A stretch of DNA of 64,000 bases from Neocallimastix sp. 'constans' (lineage: Eukaryota), in NCBI GenBank assembly GCA_050613775.1, contig JBODTK010000156.1, forward strand, positions 124,001-188,000, written 5' to 3'. Position numbers and translations under genes: made by a program. The notes under the pieces are model-generated. The model saw nothing but the letters and a program-made list of their open reading frames with translations, was not told where the DNA came from and did no database searches. The first letter of the stretch is position 1. Each line of letters opens with the position of its first letter. This document shows positions 26,393-40,039 of the stretch, piece after piece.

Positions 26393-26742
26393 ATTCATAT
26401 AGAAAAACATAAAAAATATAAAAAATAATATATGAATATATGGAACTATATAAGAAATTAATAATAAAGCGACTTAATAATAAATAATTATAATTATAAT
26501 AATAATATATATATATAAGTGTTAATAGTAGCAATTGAGAATAAAATAAAGAAAAATTAATAATACATATAAAAGGAAATTGAAACAATTGTAACTCAAT
26601 ATATAACAAATAAAAATAAAAGAGAAATAATACATATTGATATTAATAATAAATAAAAAATAACAATAAAAATAAAGAGTATAAAAATAGTTAATAAACC
26701 ATAAACATTTTTATCAATAAATTCAAAATATAAAAGTAAAAA

Positions 26743-26795
<53 letters not shown>

Positions 26796-26836
26796 GAATT
26801 TAGAATATACACACGTATACAATAAAATAAATCAAA

Positions 26837-29318
26837 ATGGATTATAGACATTTACCATTAATAGCTGGATTATTAATTGCTTTTTCACTGTTTCTAAATT
26901 TCTTTGCAACCACAAATAATACTTGGTTACTTAAAACTTATCCACCAGTAGATGAATATCAAAATAATTTTTGTAAATATAAAAAACTAATATCATTAGT
27001 ATAAAAATAATTAAAAAAATTTTATTTATTTATTTATTTATTATTAAAATATAACATTTTTTTATTATTCATGTTCTTAATTTTTTTTTTTTTTTTACCC
27101 TTATTCTTAAATATTTTATTTTTAATATATATATATGATAAACAGTAATGCAATTTTTATTATGGATTACTTTGATTATTGCAATAGCTAATAATGTTTG
27201 TTTATTTATGCGATTATTTGAGAAATCAATTGTTAAAGCAACAAAATTTTGCATTTTATTATGCTTAATTCAAGGTATAAAATAAAAATGACTAAAAATA
27301 TTTGTAATAATTAAAATAGAAACATTTATAATAATTAATTTTTCATTTTTTAAAATTAAAACATATTATTAAATTAAAAAGGTACAATACTTGTCGTAAT
27401 AGTATTATTATTTGCTTTATTCAACCCATTAAAGGATGAATTAGAATATTCAGAAGGTATTTTGTTATTATTAAAATAAATATTTTATATAAATAATGTT
27501 TAATATACCTGAATTATTTTTAAAAAAAATATAAAATAGGTTTCTTTAGTGCAATTCAGGCGTCATGTATATGTTTCCTTAGCGCCTCGTTCTTATTCTT
27601 TGATAGAATAACCACTACTGATTTTGAGACTAAAGGTAGTGGCTTTTCTCATGTTCAACGTAAATTAGTTATTCTAGTCTCAGCAGCAATTCTTTATGTA
27701 AGTTTTGGTACTTATATTTTCATGCAAATGGAACCATGGTCTTCCAAAGAAAGTATGTTCTTTGTTATTACCACTTTAACAACAATTGGTATGTAATATA
27801 TATATATTTATTTATTTAGTTTTGCTATATTAATTATTATGTTAATTTAAATAATAAATTTAACAATATATTAACTTAATGCCATAAATATAAATGTTAT
27901 TTTAATTTATTATTTTAATTCATTTATTAATGAAAATAATAAAGGATTTGGTAACCGTGCTCCAAAAAATGACCATAGTAGATTATTAATAATTATATAT
28001 TCAATTATTGGTATGGCTATTCTTGCATATACTATTTCAGTTATAAGTGAAGTATTAAAAGAAAATATTATGGTTAGTTTCCAAACTCAATTAACCATGT
28101 TTAGAGAAAAACGTTATGAAAGAATTGTATGTAGTAATGATGCTGATAAAAGTAATTCAAATAGCGATGCAGTATTAAATTTAAACGATTTTGATGACGA
28201 AGAAGAAGAAAGAAAAATTGTATTTAATGATCAAAAACAAATTGCAAAAAAACAATTTTTATTTTCAATTATATTGATGCTTTCATCATGGGCTGGTGGA
28301 GCTTGCACCTTTTATTATACTGAAGGTTGGAGTTTTATAGAAGCCCTTTATTTTTGTTTCATATCATTTTCAACTATAGGTAAAATTAGTATAAGATTAA
28401 TTATGAAACCTTTATATATATATATATATTTGTTAATATATATATAATTTAATTTATTAGAGAATTTTAATTTTGTAATGAAATTTTCTATTTATAATAT
28501 TTATTTAATTTCGTTAATTTCATATAATATTAGGTTTTGGTGATTTAGTTCCAACAACTTCAAGTAGTCTATCAAGTAAGTGTTCATTAGAATTATATAT
28601 TTTTTTAATAAACAAATAAATAAATAAATAAATAAATAAATATTTATATTATTGTATGTTTAAATAATTAGTTTTTAATGTTTGGATTATCTTGGAAATT
28701 GCTACTATGACCTTTATGGTTTCCGCGGTAACAAATTATATAGAAATTAAATGGTCAGATAGTATTGATTCTAAAGATGAAAACAACGACTTAGAAGATG
28801 CTTTGGACATTATTCGTGGTAAAACAAAGAAAAGAAAGATTTCATTTGGTGAAAAGAAATATAATAAAAATGATGAAGCAATACCAATGTCAATTGTAAG
28901 TAAACAAGAATCAAGTATTAGAAATAGACATCACATTATTAATAAAGAAGAATTAGATGAATGGGAAGATGCTACTGAATCATTTGAAGCAATTATAAAT
29001 AGTTCTGTTAAAATAAGTAATGCTATGAAAATTCTTCAAGCCAATATAAATATACTAAAAGATGGTTATTATAAAAATTATAGTAATGAAAATAATGGAA
29101 CAGGTCCATCTAATTCATTGGATGCCACTATAGAAAGAACACTAAAAATTGTAGAAGAGTCATGTAACACTATAAGATCTATATCAATTGGTGAAGATGT
29201 TAATAGTAAAAATGGAGATCCTGATGATGAAGATAATATTTCAAGAAGAGTAATTTTTGGAAATGAAGATGAACAAACTTTAATAATGCACAGTCGTGAA
29301 CCAACGTCTAGTCGTTAA
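26837..29318 (+). CDS. TOK1: TOK1-like two-pore-domain outward-rectifier K+ channel (multi-exon)
   Basis: N-terminal PLIAG TM segment, GSGFSHVQRKL, pore 1 FFVITTLTTIG|FGNRAP, pore 2 ALYFCFISFSTIG|FGDLVP, several extra N-terminal TM segments, GT-AG introns. Confidence 0.85.
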
Positions 29319-29465
29319 AATTAATGCCTTATTTTTTGTTTTATTAATATTAATAATATATATATATATATTTCTTTTTATAATATTTTAGTATTATTTC
29401 AATAAACTATTAATAAATAACAATAAATAAATAAGAACCATTAATTATATTTAAATAATAATAAT

Positions 29466-29532
<67 letters not shown>

Positions 29533-29631
29533 TATAATATATATACCAAAAGATAAATGAGAAAATATATAAAATTTTTGAATTTTTGAATTTTTTTTTT
29601 TTTTTTTTTTAAGTTTTATTAATAAGTATAC

Positions 29632-29677
<46 letters not shown>

Positions 29678-30165
29678 ATTTCAATATCAATTCTATTATA
29701 TACTATTCTATTTATTATGTTTCTAAACGTTCATTATTATTTTTTATTTCCTTTTCACATACACATATATTAATAATAATAAAAATAAAAATAAAAAATA
29801 GAATGAAAATTAAAAAACAAAAAAAAAAAAATAAAAAATAAAAAATAAAAATAAAAATAAATAAATAAAATAAATTAAAAAAAAAAAAAAAAAAAAAAAA
29901 CAGGCATATAAATTAATATATATAAATTATTTATATTCAAGAATATTTTTAAAAAAAATTATATAAACTATTATTATAATTTATATTGAAGTTTTTTTTT
30001 TTTTTTTTTATTAATATACTTTCGACATTTAATATCATTTACACTTTTTTTTTTATTAAAAACAATTCATTTTTATTAATATTTCACCAATAATTAGAAC
30101 CATAAAAATAAAAATCTAGTTTTTAATCAAAATTTTTACAATTAAAATTATTCACTGGCAATTTG

Positions 30166-30201
<36 letters not shown>

Positions 30202-30446
30202 ATTAATTTGTAAATCCAAGTGAAATAAATACAATCTAAAAATACATATTTATATATATTTCAAAAGTAAAAATCATTACGAAGACTTTATTTTTGTTTT
30301 TTATTTTTTATTACTTCATTTACTAATCTTTTTTATTTTATTTTTATAATTTTTTTTTTTTTATTTTTATTTTTATAATAATTTATTTTATTTTATTTAA
30401 TTTTTATAATTTTTTTTTATTAATATATATTTGTATTTCTTTTGAA

Positions 30447-31100
30447 ATGTCGACTACACATGGAGGTTTGAAAAGTTTTGGTCCTGACCATGAAAAAATT
30501 GTTTTGATTTTCATTCATGACTTTGAATTGTGGACTAAAAGTAGACTATAAAGTTCTTAAGTAAAAAAAAAAAAATAAAAAAAAATTAAATTATAACGAA
30601 ATTATTCATGGAATTGTTAAAAAATACTATATTAATATGGAAAATTATTTCATCCTAAGAATTAACTATAATAATAAAATGGTTCACATGAAAGTTATTT
30701 TTATGGGAGAGTTGCATTTCCCCAAATTGCATTTCAACAGGTTACATTTCAACAAGTGGCGTAGTATTAAAATGTTGCATTTCCCCAAGTTGCATTTCGA
30801 CAAATGGAGTATTGATATAAATAAATGAATAAATAAATATTAATTCAAAATAACTTTTTTTTAAAATTGTTTTTATTCGATATTAATAATATTTAATTTT
30901 ATTTATTGACTTATTTATTTAATAATTTTCAATTTGGCGAAATGCCACATTTTTTTAATACGCCACATGCTTTCAAAAAAATTTGGCGAAATGCAACCTG
31001 GCGAAATGCCCCACACCCCTATTTTTATGATTACAAAACCCTAACCTGTTAAAAGAGTATATTGGAAGATTACTTCAATAATTCGCACATTTAATAGTAT
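30447..31100 (+). pseudogene. Decayed coding remnant, possibly retrotransposon gag, interrupted by a MITE
   Basis: MSTTHGGLKSFGPDHEKIVLIFIHDFELW then stops; GC is raised relative to the flanks. The family assignment is a guess. Confidence 0.3.
30705..31019. mobile_element. Mutator-type MITE (315 bp)
   Basis: 9-bp TSD TATTTTTAT (30696-30704 and 31020-31028); G-rich termini; imperfect TIRs built from repeated TTGCATTTC(G/C)CCAA units, plus GTGGCGTA/TACGCCAC. Confidence 0.85.
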
Positions 31101-31857
31101 AAATTATAATAGAACCAGGTATTATTATGAACCCATTATTCTTAACCTGATAGTCTTCTGTATTCTAATCCCTTCTCAAATACTTAATAATTTAACTTCT
31201 GTATTATCTAAAATATTAATGGTTGGAACTCTGAATTCAAAATTAGGGAATACAGACATTTAAAAGAACTTTTCTTAAAATATTTCATTATCAAAAAATT
31301 TATTAATGTATATTATTTAATTTTTTATCATTTTATGCTATATACTTTTCTAAATAATAGTTAATGAAGAAAAATAATATAATTCGTTCTAGTTTATTAA
31401 AATAAAATAGTTTTTTTTTTATTTTTTAAACATTTTTATTTTTATTTTTATTTTTTAAACATTTTTATTTTTATTTTTTTTTTTTAAATTTTTTTATTTT
31501 ATTAATTTATTTTTAATTATAAAAAATAAAAGAAAATACACTAAATTTTTGAATATTTAAAATTGTATCTATTTTATGATAAATACACCTTTAAAACTTA
31601 TGTCAATAATAAAATAATTACTCTTTAAATCACAATATGAAAAAACAACTTAAAGAATTAAAAAAATTCATATATTATAAGAAATATACTTTCTAATATT
31701 ACATTATTTTACTTTTTTATTAGTTTTTTTTAATTCCTTTTAATTTTTATTTCTTTTATTTTAAATTTTCACTAATTCTTTTTAATTTTTAATTTAATTT
31801 TTTAATTTAAACTTTTTTATTTTAAAAATTTTATATGATAATTCCTTTATTGCAACA

Positions 31858-32013
31858 CTGACTCAGACCATTTTATATCACACTTAAATGTAACAAGGTG
31901 CAAATAATGGGGGCGGCGATTACGATCTTTATCCATCAACAAATTTAAAAAATTCGAACGGACAAATCATTTCCAACCATTCCTCAGCGTCAGTTTGAAT
32001 AGAAGGTATCATT
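31858..32013 (-). ncRNA. SNORD13: U13/snR45-type box C/D snoRNA (18S rRNA ac4C guide)
   Basis: Minus strand: 5' AATGATACCTTC pairs with the 18S 3' end GAAGGAUCAUU with one bulge. Internal ACCTTGTTAC pairs with 18S GUAACAAGGU. K-turn: stem CTGAC/GTCAG, box C CTGAGGA, box D CTGA. Confidence 0.85.
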
Positions 32014-32149
32014 AAGGAAAAAAATATAGAACTTTATTGTATTATTTTATAATAAACCATTTTAAAGTTTTTTGTTCAATTTTAATGAATCTAATATGAA
32101 ATAATATGATTGGCTATTAAATTTTTAAAAGTAATTAATCTTAAATTTT

Positions 32150-33393
32150 TTAAAAAAACATAATTCCTACAATTAAACCTAACAAAATAACTAATACAAT
32201 AATTATATATAATATTGCATTAGTTGATAATGGTATATTATCAGTATTTGTAGTATTTTTTTTAATTGGTTGATTTTTTATAACATTATTATTAATAAGT
32301 TTTCTTTCTCTTAAATTATTATTTTGTTCTATATTATTTGCAGGTGGAATTGGTTCCCCTTCATTACAAAGTTCTGGAAAAATATCTAAATTATAATATA
32401 GTAAAAAAAAAATTAATATAAAAATATTTAAACAATAAATATTTTATAGAATAAAATTTATATATATATATATATATTATATTTTTTAAAAAAAATGTAA
32501 TTTACTTCTGAATTTTTGATCATTTCTATTATATTCTTTTGATTTTAAAGCAAAATTTATTTTGTCCTTTTTTGAAGTAACAATACTTCCTGTAGTTGGA
32601 GTATCTTCTAACTGAAATATTATATAATAAAATATGATAAAGTTAAATTAATTAAATATATATATTCTTTATAATTATTCACTTATACATGAATTTATAT
32701 TAATATTGACCATAAAACTAAGGAGACCTGTTAAAATTGTTGAAACACTCCAAGCTGGATTCCAGGTTTTTGCTAAATATTTCCAAAAATAATAATTATA
32801 CTTTAATTTTTAAATAATTATTGTATTATTACATTTATAATATAACATGAAATTTACGATGATAATCGCTCATTGATAAACAAAGTCTAAAATTTGTTTT
32901 AAAACGTCCTATAAATTTTATATATATATATATTATTATTATCATTGTTGATTATTTTTTTAGTATTATTATCATTAAGTATATAACATATTTAAATACC
33001 ATTTGGTGTTATCATTTTAATTGAAGGTGGTTTATACGGATAATCCGATGGAAAGTTAAGTACCCCATGGTATTCTCCATCTTTAATAAAAATAAAAAAA
33101 TATAACCTTAATTAGTTTATATTTACTATGTTTTTTTATTTTCTCAAAAACATTATTTTCATTAATTACCTTGATAAGGTGAATCTGGTGGTCCTGTTAT
33201 TACATAATGCCTATTAAAAAAATATATATATTTTTATAATGAATTTATTTATATTTTTTATATTTATTTATATATAAAAATACCATTCTAAAATATTCGA
33301 TTCTAATGGTTTTGCAATAATGTATGGTGGTGGACTTTTCAATATATTCATATATTCTCTTGTTAATCTTCTATATGCTTCTTTTATTGCCAT
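32150..33393 (-). CDS. UBC6: ER-anchored ubiquitin-conjugating enzyme E2 (Ubc6/UBE2J2), multi-exon
   Basis: RRLTREY...[29 protein letters not shown]...[21 protein letters not shown]...[30 protein letters not shown]-terminal TM tail. Confidence 0.93.
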
Positions 33394-34011
33394 TTCAATT
33401 TAATAATTTTATTACTATTATTATTATTATTATTTTTATTATTATTAGTATTTAATTTTTTATTTATTTATTTTTTTTTAATTTTTATTTAAATTTTATT
33501 TTTATAGAATTATTCTAATTTGGTTTATGTTTTATATAATATATTTATTAGTATAGATTATTTTTAAAATTTTGATTTTAAAATTTCGAAAAATATAAAA
33601 TTATTATATATTATTTAAAAATACATATTTTAAAATAATATAATTATTGGATTGAACTTTTTTATTTTTGTTAATTAAAATATAAAATTAAATTTGAAAT
33701 TTTAATATAAATAAAGTTTATTAATTAATATTTGAATATATTATAATTTGAATTTTTATTATTTTATTTTATACTATATTTAATTTTTTAATTTTTTTTT
33801 ATTTTTTTTTAAAAAAAAAGTTAAAAATTGTTTATATAAAATAAATAAAAATTTTTTTATTATCAAAGTATTTATTATATAATAAATTAAATAGTAATAT
33901 TATTTAAATATCGAAAGAATTATATTAAAATTATTGGAATTATTTGACAAGTAAAAATTATAAAAACAACATATATAATAAAAAATTCAATTAATTTATT
34001 ATATATTCGAA

Positions 34012-37000
34012 ATGTCAAATTCTTCTTCAGAAGATATTTTAAAACATATCATTAAAGATATTGTTACAAGAGCATCTCATGCTCTAAAAAAAAGAAAACT
34101 AGATAACGCAACAGGTTGTTAGAAAAAAAAATAATAGAAATAATAATAAATATAAATAAATAATTAATGAAAAAAAATATGTCAATTTGTTAATATGTAC
34201 TTTTAAATTACTTTATGAATTAAAATTTTATTATATGATTTTTTAATAATATTCAATAAAGATGCAAATTTTCAAGATAATAATATTGATAACTACAATG
34301 ACAATGTCAATGATAACAATAATGACAACAGTAACAATAAATTAAAGGAATGTATAAATTCATTAATTTCATATAGTGGAATTTTCGAAAATCTAGCAAA
34401 TGGAAGTAATTCAACAAATGTATCAGAAACATTAGCAGCGTTTATTGTAAGATCAGTTGTACTAAATCCCGATAATCATTTTAATATCGAGAAAGAATTT
34501 AATAAAGGTGAAGTTGAAAGATTAATTCAAATTGCTGTAGGTGATATTATCAAGCAAAATTCACCTGTTATGGAAACTGTAAAAATGCAAGTTTATTTTG
34601 ATTCTCATTTTTCTTCTCAAGGTATATAATATAATATAATCAAATTTTTATCTATTTAAAATAAGATTCTTATTAAAACTATATATATTTCATATAACAA
34701 ATAATAATAATAATAATAAATATTATTCTTAATTTTATTTTTTTATCATAAAACAAATAGCCGATTATTTATATAAAGAAAAAAATACTAGAAATCATAA
34801 TTGTTCTTCTATATTGAAAGAAATTACTGAATTTAATGGAAAATCTATACCAGCTTTAGAAGGTATTATATATAAAGTAATATTTTTATAATTACTCACA
34901 AAATATGAATAGTATGTTTAATTTTAAAAATTTTTAATATACAGCATTATTCAGAAAAATAGTGTCATATTTATTAATGAAGATTAAACTAGGAAATATT
35001 AGTGATATTAAAGTAATAAGAGAGGCAACAGGTTAATAAATTATTAATTTTTTATAAATATAAAATATATAAACTATATTTAATTTATAATGTATAGAAA
35101 AAAATTTTTTTATATTAATTTATAAATATAAATCATAATTAATTTTAGCTGCACTGGAATCTGTTTTTCCACAAATTGAATTACCATCTTTTGTTGGTTT
35201 ATCTAGACAAGAAAAAGAAACACAATTAAACGGTTTAGCACAATTAGTTTGTGGTATAAGATTATTTAATAAGTATTTAGGAAAAGGTGGTGAATCAATA
35301 GAGGATTGTAAGTGTCCAAGTTAATATATAATAATTAACATTATTTATTAAGAATTAATATATAATGAATATTTAAATATACATATACATATTTATATAC
35401 ATAGTGAATCAATTATGTAAAATTGAGGCTAATGATTTATATACATTACTATCAAGTCAAATAAAATCAACGGAACAAATTATTCAAAAATATTCAGGTA
35501 ATTAATTAATATTAGTATTATTAGTATTAGTATTATTACTACTACTACTTATAATAATAATAATAACAATTACAATAATGATATATATATGTATATTTTT
35601 TTTTTAAAAAAAAAAATAAATAAATCTATTTTAAATGTAATAAATAATTTGTAAAATATAAAAGCTTTAATTGATTACTCTGAAGATAAAAAGGTTGAAT
35701 TTGAGGAAAGTTCTTTAAGTGATATAAAAAATGCGCTAATTTTCAGAAGACAATATTTAATGTACTTGGACGCATTAAACGATCAATTAAATAAATCGAA
35801 AAAAGTATTAGATATCGTAGATTCGAAATTTGAATCTACATTGGCAGAATTAAAAACAGTATGTAAATCAAAAACAGCTGTACCAGTAGATCAAGTTTAT
35901 GTAAGAATATTATTGCCTTAATATATAATGATTAAAAATAATATAAGAAAATAAAAATGAATTAATATAATATATTCTTATTATTATGAATTTCAGCCCC
36001 AATTTATGACTTTATCGAATTTATGGATGAGTTGGCAAGATGAATTATATTTATTAGCAATTAGAAGAGGAATTACTGAAACAATAAAATCGTTTGCACA
36101 AGTAAGATTTTAATTTACAATATTAATGAATATTAAAACTGTTACAATATATATACCCAATCATCAACCTAATTCATTAATTATAATTTTTATATAATAG
36201 AATTTTTCAATTAAAGTACCATTAAATGATTTAGAAAATTCACAACATTATATAACAGATATTGATCCACCAATATTAGATGGTACTAAATAATTGAAGA
36301 ATATATAATAATTCAATTTGACTATTACATAAAATAGTATTTTTTAAAAAAAAAAAATTAATTATAATTTTATTTTATTTTAAAACCAAGAAAATGTAAT
36401 TATTAATAATGCTAGTGTTTTAATGTCTTCTATAAGTCCCATTAATAAAAATATTCAAGTTCTTCATCCAGGAAATACAACCTATTTTGATAAAATTCAT
36501 TCAGAATATAGTGTAAATATTTTTACAAAAAAAAATATATTTTTAACTGAAAAAGAAACTTTTTATTTATGCACAACCTAATATATCATAATATCAATAT
36601 AAATTTTTAATAGGGATTTTGCCCTTACGAATTTGTTAAAAGAGACGAATTATTAAAATCTGGTGATAGAAATATTGGATTACTTCAATATAAAGACAAA
36701 GTTTATTCATTTAGTTCGATTGAGGGTGCTGTTGAGTTTTCTAAAAATCCAGATTAGTAAGTAAAAATATAAATTTATATAATATAATAAACTAATAATA
36801 ATAAATAATGTAAATAATTTTTTTCTCTAAATGAAACGATGTAGCTATATTCAGAGTATATTAATCGATGCATGTAGAAATCCTTCATTAATTCAATTAT
36901 TCCATTTATACTCATATTTCCCAACTGTTGAAGCATTAGAAAATGTAATATATAGATATTAATTTATTTGAATTTAGAAATAAAAAAAAAAATATTTAGA

Positions 37001-37675
37001 AATTATATATATATTTAATTAATAGACAATAAATATTAATTATATTATTTCTAACTTTCAATAATTTAAAATAATATATCTACATATAAAAGACAAAAAC
37101 ATTTTCTAAAAAAAGATTATTAGGACAAATGCCAGTAATATCTGAAGTTGGTGTTCAAGTAGATACCCATATTGTTGATACCTATATAGATCCAAATTAT
37201 GAATGGAATGAATGGGAATTAAGACGAAAAGCATTAATGCTGGTAATTATATTAAAAATATCAGTCTATAATAATATTGTTGGGATAATATTTTATATTT
37301 TTAATAAAATAATTTACTCTAATATATTATATTTTATTAATATATAGACAAATTTGAGAAATAAGAAAACTCATAGTGTACAAACTCATTTGAGTCACTT
37401 CTTACGAGAAAGTGAAACTCAACATTATGAACCAAGGTAACATTTCTTTTTTATTTATATTAATATTTATCATATTAATTGTATTTCATTTATTTATTTA
37501 TTTATTTTATATATTGATAAAAATTTTTATCTATTAAAACAGAACAAAGGCCACTCAAACTATGAGAGAATCCTCAACTAAGGTACCAAGAATTACAACA
37601 TACCTGGCAAATCTTAGAAATGATGGCAACAAAAAGAATAAATTCAAGATTGTTGATTTGACCTTAGATTTATAA
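34012..37675 (+). CDS. CFAP206: Cilia- and flagella-associated protein 206 (multi-exon)
   Basis: VSETLAAFIVRSVVL, METVKMQVYFD, AALESVFPQ, GIRLFNK..GKGG, TAVPVDQVYPQF, YEWNEWELRRKAL, THSVQTHLSHF.RE.ETQ. Confidence 0.9.
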
Positions 37676-38687
37676 TATTAATTTTTTTAAATTAAACATT
37701 ATTATATTTATTTTTATTTTTATTTTTTTTTTTTATTTTATTTTTATTTTTATTGCTATTTCTATTTTTTTTAAAAAAAAATGTTTTTTTATTATTATTT
37801 TACTTATTAAGCAATTTTATAGATATACATACACATAAAAATTTTTGACTGTTTTTATTTTTTTTAATAAAATTAAGTATTATTTATAAAGATTTTTTTT
37901 AATTATTATTATTATTATTATTTATTGTTGTATAATGAAAATGAATATTATTATAATAATTAATAATTATAATAATCAAATATGATAATAATGATAATAC
38001 TATTAATATTAATAAAATATAATAGATAAGAATATATACTAAATATTTAATGAGTAAATTACTTTATTTGAGTTTTCCATTTTTAATTCATTTAATTAAT
38101 ATATATATATTTTTTTTGTTTGTTTGTTTAAAATTTAATTATGATATTAATTAAAAAGTTCAATATTTTCAATTAAATACTATTTTTTTTTTAACAAAAA
38201 AAAAAAAGAAAAAAAAAAAAAAATAGCAATATATATAATTTTGATTTTTATTTTAAATAAATGATATTGCATAATATAATATGATATGATTTTAATATTA
38301 ATAATCAATATTCAATATTCAATATATAGACTTAAAGTATTATTACTTTATTTATATTAAATATTTTATTGAACAAAAGAACTACAAAAAATATAAAAAT
38401 TGCTTAAAATTATTCAATAGTAATAAAAATATAAATGATATAATAAACTATAGAATTGAAGGAATCATATTTATATATATATATAAATATTATTAACTAA
38501 CTACAATAGTAATTTATTTAATTTATATATTTGCTATTTTATTTTATTTAATTAATAACTTTATTAATATATCTAGTAGTTATATATTTTTTATTTTAAA
38601 AATTTGCTAAATTATCTGATAAAACTTGAGGATTAAATTATTATTAATAATTTATTTTTTTTTAAAATGTTTCTATTTATAATTAAT

Positions 38688-39120
38688 AAGTTGTTATGGT
38701 ATTACAATATGAATAGGAATTATTTCTACTAAAATTATTTAATAAAATAAAACAAAGAAGTAACATCTGTAAAGTAGATAGTATGGTGATCACTAAACTC
38801 TCCCTCAAATCATGAGAAATATTATCAAAAGATTTAATTTCCATATATTTGTTATGTAAATTCATACTAGATCATCACTAAATGGAATTCCGAGATAAGT
38901 ATAACATGAAGCCTTTGAAACAGAGAACATATCGTAGAATCTTTAAAAGAATGAGAATTATCAAAAATTAGGAGGTATGATTACCATAGTTGCACATTTA
39001 TTTACTTTAAATTACATTTCGTTCTTGTAAGCTCATTTAAAGACATGACGAAGAAGTGAAGTCATATCCTCTTCACTGGGAGCAATTAAAAACAATTTCA
39101 TATTCAAATAAACCTCCACA
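38688..39120 (-). mobile_element. Decayed, internally deleted LINE fragment
   Basis: Minus strand encodes VNKCATMVI and CYTYLGIPFSDDL (late RT motifs), followed closely by ESLVITILSTLQMLLLCFI, homologous to ESLVDTTLSILKMLLLGFI of the 22.2-22.7 kb copy. Confidence 0.75.
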
Positions 39121-39783
39121 ATTAATATTAAAATATTATTTATATAATTTATTATATAATTCATTATTCAGAAAAAAATGAAACATTACATATAATCAAT
39201 ACTGATAAAGTACAGTTAATTATAATTATATGATTATAATTTTTAAAAATAATAATGAATGTCTATTAGGAAAATTACTATTTATTATTAGTAAAAGAAG
39301 AAAATTTCATAAATTTTCTAATCAGCATAATATTTAATTATTTTTATTATTAAAGAAATTACAAAATAAAATACCAAATTTAATTATTTTATTTTTATAT
39401 ATTCAAATTATATAATCATTAATATTAAGGATATTGGAATGATAAAAAATGATGAATTATATAATTATAATGATATAAAAAAATAATAATAAAATAATAG
39501 ACAATACATCAATTTTGAATTATGGATGTATTAAATAATTAATATATTAAAATATAAGTAATCAATTTGAATAATATAATCTCTTTTACAATTATTATAG
39601 TTATTTTTATTAATAATTATTTTTTAATAATAAATATTATTTTGTTTTATTTAATAAAAATTGATATTTTTAGTTAATAATAAATAATAATGAACATATT
39701 TAGTATATATATATAATACAACAATATTATATATATATAATATATTGCTTTATTTATTTCATTATTATAAAATTTAATAGATA

Positions 39784-39826
<43 letters not shown>

Positions 39827-40039
39827 ATATATTTAAAAAATTATTTATTATAAAATAACTATTATTATTATAAAAATATCATTATATATTCATCTCAATA
39901 TAATAATAAAATTAATAACAGCAATATAAAATCTATAATAGTTATTGAATTTTTATTATATAATTACTTTTAAATAATTTTTATTTATTTATTTATTTAT
40001 TTTGACAATGTTTCCTAAATTAAATATTTTAAAATAGAT

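Noticed and set aside
31037..31047. Telomerase template-like AACCCTAACC
   Set aside because: An isolated 10-mer inside a decayed TE-like remnant, with no supporting structure.
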